Source: Bradymonadia bacterium (GTDB lineage: Bacteria > Myxococcota_A > Bradymonadia > UBA7976 > UBA1532). From it: a DNA stretch of 64,000 nucleotides. The stretch spans positions 64,001 to 128,000 of the forward strand of contig JBKAGE010000035.1 of assembly GCA_046290225.1 (NCBI GenBank), written 5' to 3'. The notes beneath the pieces were generated by a model. That model saw only the letters and a program-made list of their open reading frames with translations. It was not told the origin of the DNA and searched no databases. Each line of letters starts with the position of its first letter. Position 1 is the first letter of the stretch. Shown in pieces: positions 60,012 through 64,000 of this stretch. A program made the position numbers and the translations under genes.

Positions 60012-61495
60012 GCGTGTACTCATATGCCCACTCCGTGCTGCTCTCGAGCCTTGCTGCGATGATCTGTGTGGGCTGTATCGATCCAGAGTCCCCCCAATTT
60101 TTAGACGGCGCGACGCCCACGCCTGATCTCGGCGCCATCGATGGCGGGCCTTTGACAGCCGACGTCCAGGTCATCGATGCAGGCACACCAGACGCTGTCG
60201 TTCGCTCCGATGGCAGCCTGGTGGGCGAAGACGACGCCTTCGAACTCCCCGAGGCAGACGCAGGGCTTGATGCAGAGGTGGCTGACGCCTTCTCGCTGCC
60301 AGATGCGTCGCCGCCGGGATCACTCTTCGCGGGTGGTGAGGGCACCCTGGAGAGCCCATATCTGATCACCACCACCGAGCACTTGCACAATGTGCGGTGC
60401 CGGCCTGCGGCGCACTTCATCCTCGGCGCAGATCTCACCTTTGCAGAGGGTGAGCGTTTCGTGCCCATCGGCGGCGAGCTCGCCGCCGGCCCAGACTGCT
60501 CGGATACCATCTTTCGCGGCCAGCTCTCGGGGGCAGGGCACATCATCTGCGGCCTCGATCTCACCTGGCCCGATGCCGAAGTACCCGTGGGGCTGTTCAG
60601 CAGGGTGGACGGGGCGGACATCTCCCAGCTCTCACTGGTCGGTGTGACAGTGCGCGCCGGCGACACCCCTGCCGGCACGCTCATTGGCGAGTCGGCGTCG
60701 TTCCCCCAGCGAGAAGCCTTCCTCGCCGACGTGTCTGTCTCAGGCACGGTGATCACCAATGGGCCCGCCGGAGGGCTCGTAGGCGCCGGCGAGTACATCA
60801 CCTTCTCTCAAACAAGCTTCAGCGGGCGTATCTCTGCCCGTGGGCCTCTGGGAGGCATCGCAGGGCGGCTGGAGAATGCCTTCTTGACCGATGTGCAGGT
60901 GCTCGGCGAGCGGATCAACGCCGCCATTGTCGAAGGCGCCGTCGCGCAACCTGTCGGCGGCCTCGTGGGAGAGCTGAGAGGCACCTCGGCGATCAGCCGG
61001 TTCACCGTGTACGTCGAGCAGCTGCGCGGAGAGCAGTATGTCGGTGGCGCAGTGGGGCGGGTGTCGACAGATCTCACCCTCTCAGAGGGCTACACCAGCG
61101 GCGTGCTGGAGGCCGCTGGCCTCGAGACCGGCTTCCTCGGCGGCCTCGTGGGACATCACCAGATGAGCCAGGGGCTCGTAGATGTCTTCTCTACGATGGA
61201 CATCAGCGCCGCGACGCCTCGGGCCTCTGTGGGCAAGATCGTCGGTGGTCACGACGGCGAGCTCACGCTCACCCGGGCCTACTTCGAGGTCAACGACCCA
61301 AACGATCTCTGCGTCGGCCCTGGCTACGAGGTGCCGGCCTCGTGTGTGGCGATCGACGGCGACGCTCAGTATTTCAAGAGCGTCGGCAACCCACCCATGT
61401 CGTTCTGGGCGCGCAACTTCTGGACCTTCTTCCTCGAGCAACTGCCTGCTCTCAACTCAACAGGGCCGCCCCCGACCGGTGCTTGCGATCGGTGA
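60002..61495 (+). CDS. GLUG-motif surface lipoprotein, paralogue 3
   Basis: Lipobox CVGC; GGEGTLESPY, HLHNVRC and GGLVG repeats. Confidence 0.8.
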   Translation: MPLSVYSYAHSVLLSSLAAMICVGCIDPESPQFLDGATPTPDLGAIDGGPLTADVQVIDAGTPDAVVRSDGSLVGEDDAFELPEADAGLDAEVADAFSLPDASPPGSLFAGGEGTLESPYLITTTEHLHNVRCRPAAHFILGADLTFAEGERFVPIGGELAAGPDCSDTIFRGQLSGAGHIICGLDLTWPDAEVPVGLFSRVDGADISQLSLVGVTVRAGDTPAGTLIGESASFPQREAFLADVSVSGTVITNGPAGGLVGAGEYITFSQTSFSGRISARGPLGGIAGRLENAFLTDVQVLGERINAAIVEGAVAQPVGGLVGELRGTSAISRFTVYVEQLRGEQYVGGAVGRVSTDLTLSEGYTSGVLEAAGLETGFLGGLVGHHQMSQGLVDVFSTMDISAATPRASVGKIVGGHDGELTLTRAYFEVNDPNDLCVGPGYEVPASCVAIDGDAQYFKSVGNPPMSFWARNFWTFFLEQLPALNSTGPPPTGACDR

Positions 61496-61706
61496 AAATT
61501 CGAGGATCGAACGTTCGAATTTCCATCCATGGGGCACTCAAACAACCGCCGTTGCACCAACTCAGATCGTGCTCTGTCCTCAACCTTTCGCCCTTCCGAC
61601 CCAATCCAAACGCAGAACACGATGACATGGCACGACATCTGCTATGACATTCGCCGCCATCTTCAGAGGCCCCGAACACAACCCACATCTCGCTGAGGGG
61701 GAATCA

Positions 61707-63335
61707 GTGAAGCCCAGCCGCGTACTCAAGGCCGCCCCGGCCCTCTTCGCCCTGCTCGCCCCGAGCGCCGCCCTCGCCTGTGGCGGTCTCTTCTGCAACA
61801 CCAGCCAGCCGGTGAACCAGTCCGCAGAGCGCATCCTGTTCGCCCGCGACGCCCAGGATCCTGCGGTGATGCACATGCACGTGCAGATTCAGTATCAGGG
61901 TCCGCCCACTGACTTCGGCTGGTTGCTGCCGGTGCCCCCCGACGTGCAGACCGATGTGGGCAGCGAGCAGCTGTTCACCCAGATGGACGCGCTCTACGGG
62001 CCCCAGTTCCAGCTGCAGACCGAGTTTGTCGGTGATTGCGATCTCGCCCTCGCCGGTGGTGCACCCAGCGCCGAGGCCGACGATGGCGGCGGTGGCCGAA
62101 ATGGCGGGGTGCAGGTCCTGAGCCGAGAGGCCGTGGGGCCCTACGATCAAGCCATCCTCGATGCCGAGACTGTGGAAGATCTGCGCCGCTGGCTCGACGA
62201 GAACGAGTTCCAGATCCCCGAGAGCACCGACGAGCGATTGCAGGTCTACATCGACCAGGGCTCGGTCTTCGTGGCCCTCAAGATGCTGCCCGGCGCCGAT
62301 GAGGGCGACGTGGCCCCGCTGCACCTGACCTTCACCAGCCCGGTGCCCGGGGTGCCGATCCAGCCCACCGCGGTGGCTGCTGATCCCGATATGGGCATCC
62401 TGGTACATGTGCTCGGCGAGACCCGGGCGATCCCTCTCAACTACCGCCACGTCGAGATCAACGACGCGCTGATCAACTGGGTGGGCGGCGGTCAGAACTA
62501 CCCCGACGTGGTGAGCCACGCCGTGGACGAGGTCGACGGCGGCCACGCCTTCGTCACCGATTACGCGGGCTCTTCCGAGATGCTCGCCAACAGCCTGCAG
62601 CCCATCTCTGCCGAGCTGATCGACCGCATCGAAGGTGCGGAGACCTTCGGTGAGCTCGTGAACATGTTCGGGGGCACCGCCGACGCTGATCTGGCACGGG
62701 TTTTCGGTCTGCCCGAGGGCTTCGATGCCGAGGGTGTCGACGCAGGTGCCTTCTGGCAGTGCCCCTTCTGCTGGAACTTCGACGAGAACGCCCCCATCGA
62801 CGGGATGGCCATGGCCGCGCAGCTGCGCGAAGAGGTGAACCCTGCCCGAGAGCACCTCGTGGAGCTGGCACAACACCACCCCTACCTGACTCGTCTCTAC
62901 ACCACGCTGAGCCCCGAGGAGATGAACCGGGATCCGCTCTTCGCCTTCAACAGCGATCTGCCCGCGGTGCCCAACATCCGCACCGCCACCCAGGTGATCG
63001 ACTGCCGGGACGACAACTTCCAGGCCCAGAGCATCACCACCCCGAGCGGCTATGTGATCGCCCTCGAGGATGGCGCTCAGCCCGAAACGGTGGTCCGCCA
63101 GGACGGTGAGACGATCCGCGGCGCCGACAGCACGGGTGCCGCGGTGGTGAGCAGCTTCTTCGAGAGCGGCCCCCCCATGATCATCACCGACAACCGCGAA
63201 GAGATCTCCCAGGACTACTCCGGCGGTGCCGGTGAGGACGGCGGCTGTGACTGCAACGCCACCAGCAACAACGCCACCGCCCCCTGGCTGCTGGGCCTGG
63301 TCGGCCTCCTGGGCCTGCGACGCCGCCGCCGCTGA
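61707..63335 (+). CDS. DUF2330 domain protein with MYXO-CTERM-type tail
   Basis: ACGGLFC...VNQSAERILF, FGWLLPVP, VGPYD and YLTRLYTTLS; C-terminal GGCDC...WLLGLVGLLGLRRRR. Confidence 0.88.
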   Translation: MKPSRVLKAAPALFALLAPSAALACGGLFCNTSQPVNQSAERILFARDAQDPAVMHMHVQIQYQGPPTDFGWLLPVPPDVQTDVGSEQLFTQMDALYGPQFQLQTEFVGDCDLALAGGAPSAEADDGGGGRNGGVQVLSREAVGPYDQAILDAETVEDLRRWLDENEFQIPESTDERLQVYIDQGSVFVALKMLPGADEGDVAPLHLTFTSPVPGVPIQPTAVAADPDMGILVHVLGETRAIPLNYRHVEINDALINWVGGGQNYPDVVSHAVDEVDGGHAFVTDYAGSSEMLANSLQPISAELIDRIEGAETFGELVNMFGGTADADLARVFGLPEGFDAEGVDAGAFWQCPFCWNFDENAPIDGMAMAAQLREEVNPAREHLVELAQHHPYLTRLYTTLSPEEMNRDPLFAFNSDLPAVPNIRTATQVIDCRDDNFQAQSITTPSGYVIALEDGAQPETVVRQDGETIRGADSTGAAVVSSFFESGPPMIITDNREEISQDYSGGAGEDGGCDCNATSNNATAPWLLGLVGLLGLRRRRR

Positions 63336-63404
63336 TCTCGTTTACATGGTGGTGCCCTCGTAGGTACCGTGCCCGCCAGATGAACATCATCAGGCGAGCC
63401 CCCC

Positions 63405-64000
63405 ATGCAGATCCCCGCTCCGATCAACCCGCCCGCCCGGACCCTCATGGGCCCTGGCCCCTCTGACGTCGCCCCTTCAGTCTCCCGCGCTCTGGCAGCC
63501 CCCACCGTGGGTCACCTCGACCCGGTCTTCTTGCAGGTCATGGACGAGGTCCGAGACATGCTCCGGGTGGTGTACGGCACCGAGAACGCGCTCACCATGC
63601 CCATGAGCGGCACCGGCTCTGCGGGCATGGAAACCCTCTTCGTCAACCTGCTGCAGCCCGGCGACAAGGCCCTGATCGGCGTGAACGGTGTCTTCGGCAC
63701 CCGCATGTGCGAGGTGGCCCGCCGCTGTGGCGCCGAGGTCACCGTGGTGGAGGCCCCCTGGGGCCGAGCCATCGACCCTGAAGACCTGCGTGCAGCGGCG
63801 AAGTCAGGGGGCTTCAAGGTGATGGCCCTGGTACATGCCGAGACCTCTACGGGGGTGCATCAAGATCTGACCCCCATGCGGGCCATCGCCGACGAGGCGG
63901 GCGCCCTGCTGCTCACCGACTGCGTGACCTCGCTCTCGGGGCAGCCGGTGAACCTCGACGCCCATGGGGTGGACGCAGCGTACAGCGGCACACAGAAGTG
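63405..64000 (+). CDS. Alanine-glyoxylate/serine-pyruvate aminotransferase (class V PLP); runs off the window edge
   Basis: Not in the ORF track. Manual translation gives [34 protein letters not shown] and YSGTQK. Confidence 0.9.
   Translation, partial: MQIPAPINPPARTLMGPGPSDVAPSVSRALAAPTVGHLDPVFLQVMDEVRDMLRVVYGTENALTMPMSGTGSAGMETLFVNLLQPGDKALIGVNGVFGTRMCEVARRCGAEVTVVEAPWGRAIDPEDLRAAAKSGGFKVMALVHAETSTGVHQDLTPMRAIADEAGALLLTDCVTSLSGQPVNLDAHGVDAAYSGTQK

Overview
High-GC bacterial chromosomal segment that looks like Myxococcota: MYXO-CTERM-type sorting tails, three ECF sigma/anti-sigma modules, and many Cys-rich or Gly/Ala-linker lipoproteins. About 60 CDSs are supported. I found no rRNA, tRNA, CRISPR array or transposase. 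Left end: an MCP / 56-aa ORF / tandem-V4R protein / 110-aa ORF / cysteine desulfurase run. Next come lipoprotein-anchored sugar enzymes (MalS-like amylase, SMP-30 lactonase, AGE-family epimerase), the ECF modules and an SLT transglycosylase. An iscA-hscB-Hsp70 cluster is interrupted by a ~710-bp non-coding nested inverted-repeat element. Further right are aldehyde dehydrogenase-DUF779, a DUF4430 + BtuM-like B12-uptake pair, an M16 peptidase pair, and a HipA toxin whose downstream HTH antitoxin is frameshifted. Then astA, an acyltransferase-GNAT-arginase operon (candidate ornithine/aminolipid pathway), a di-haem cytochrome c, a YihQ-related GH31, three tandem GLUG lipoproteins, a DUF2330 protein and a partial class-V aminotransferase. 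All family calls come from motif recognition by eye; no searches were run.
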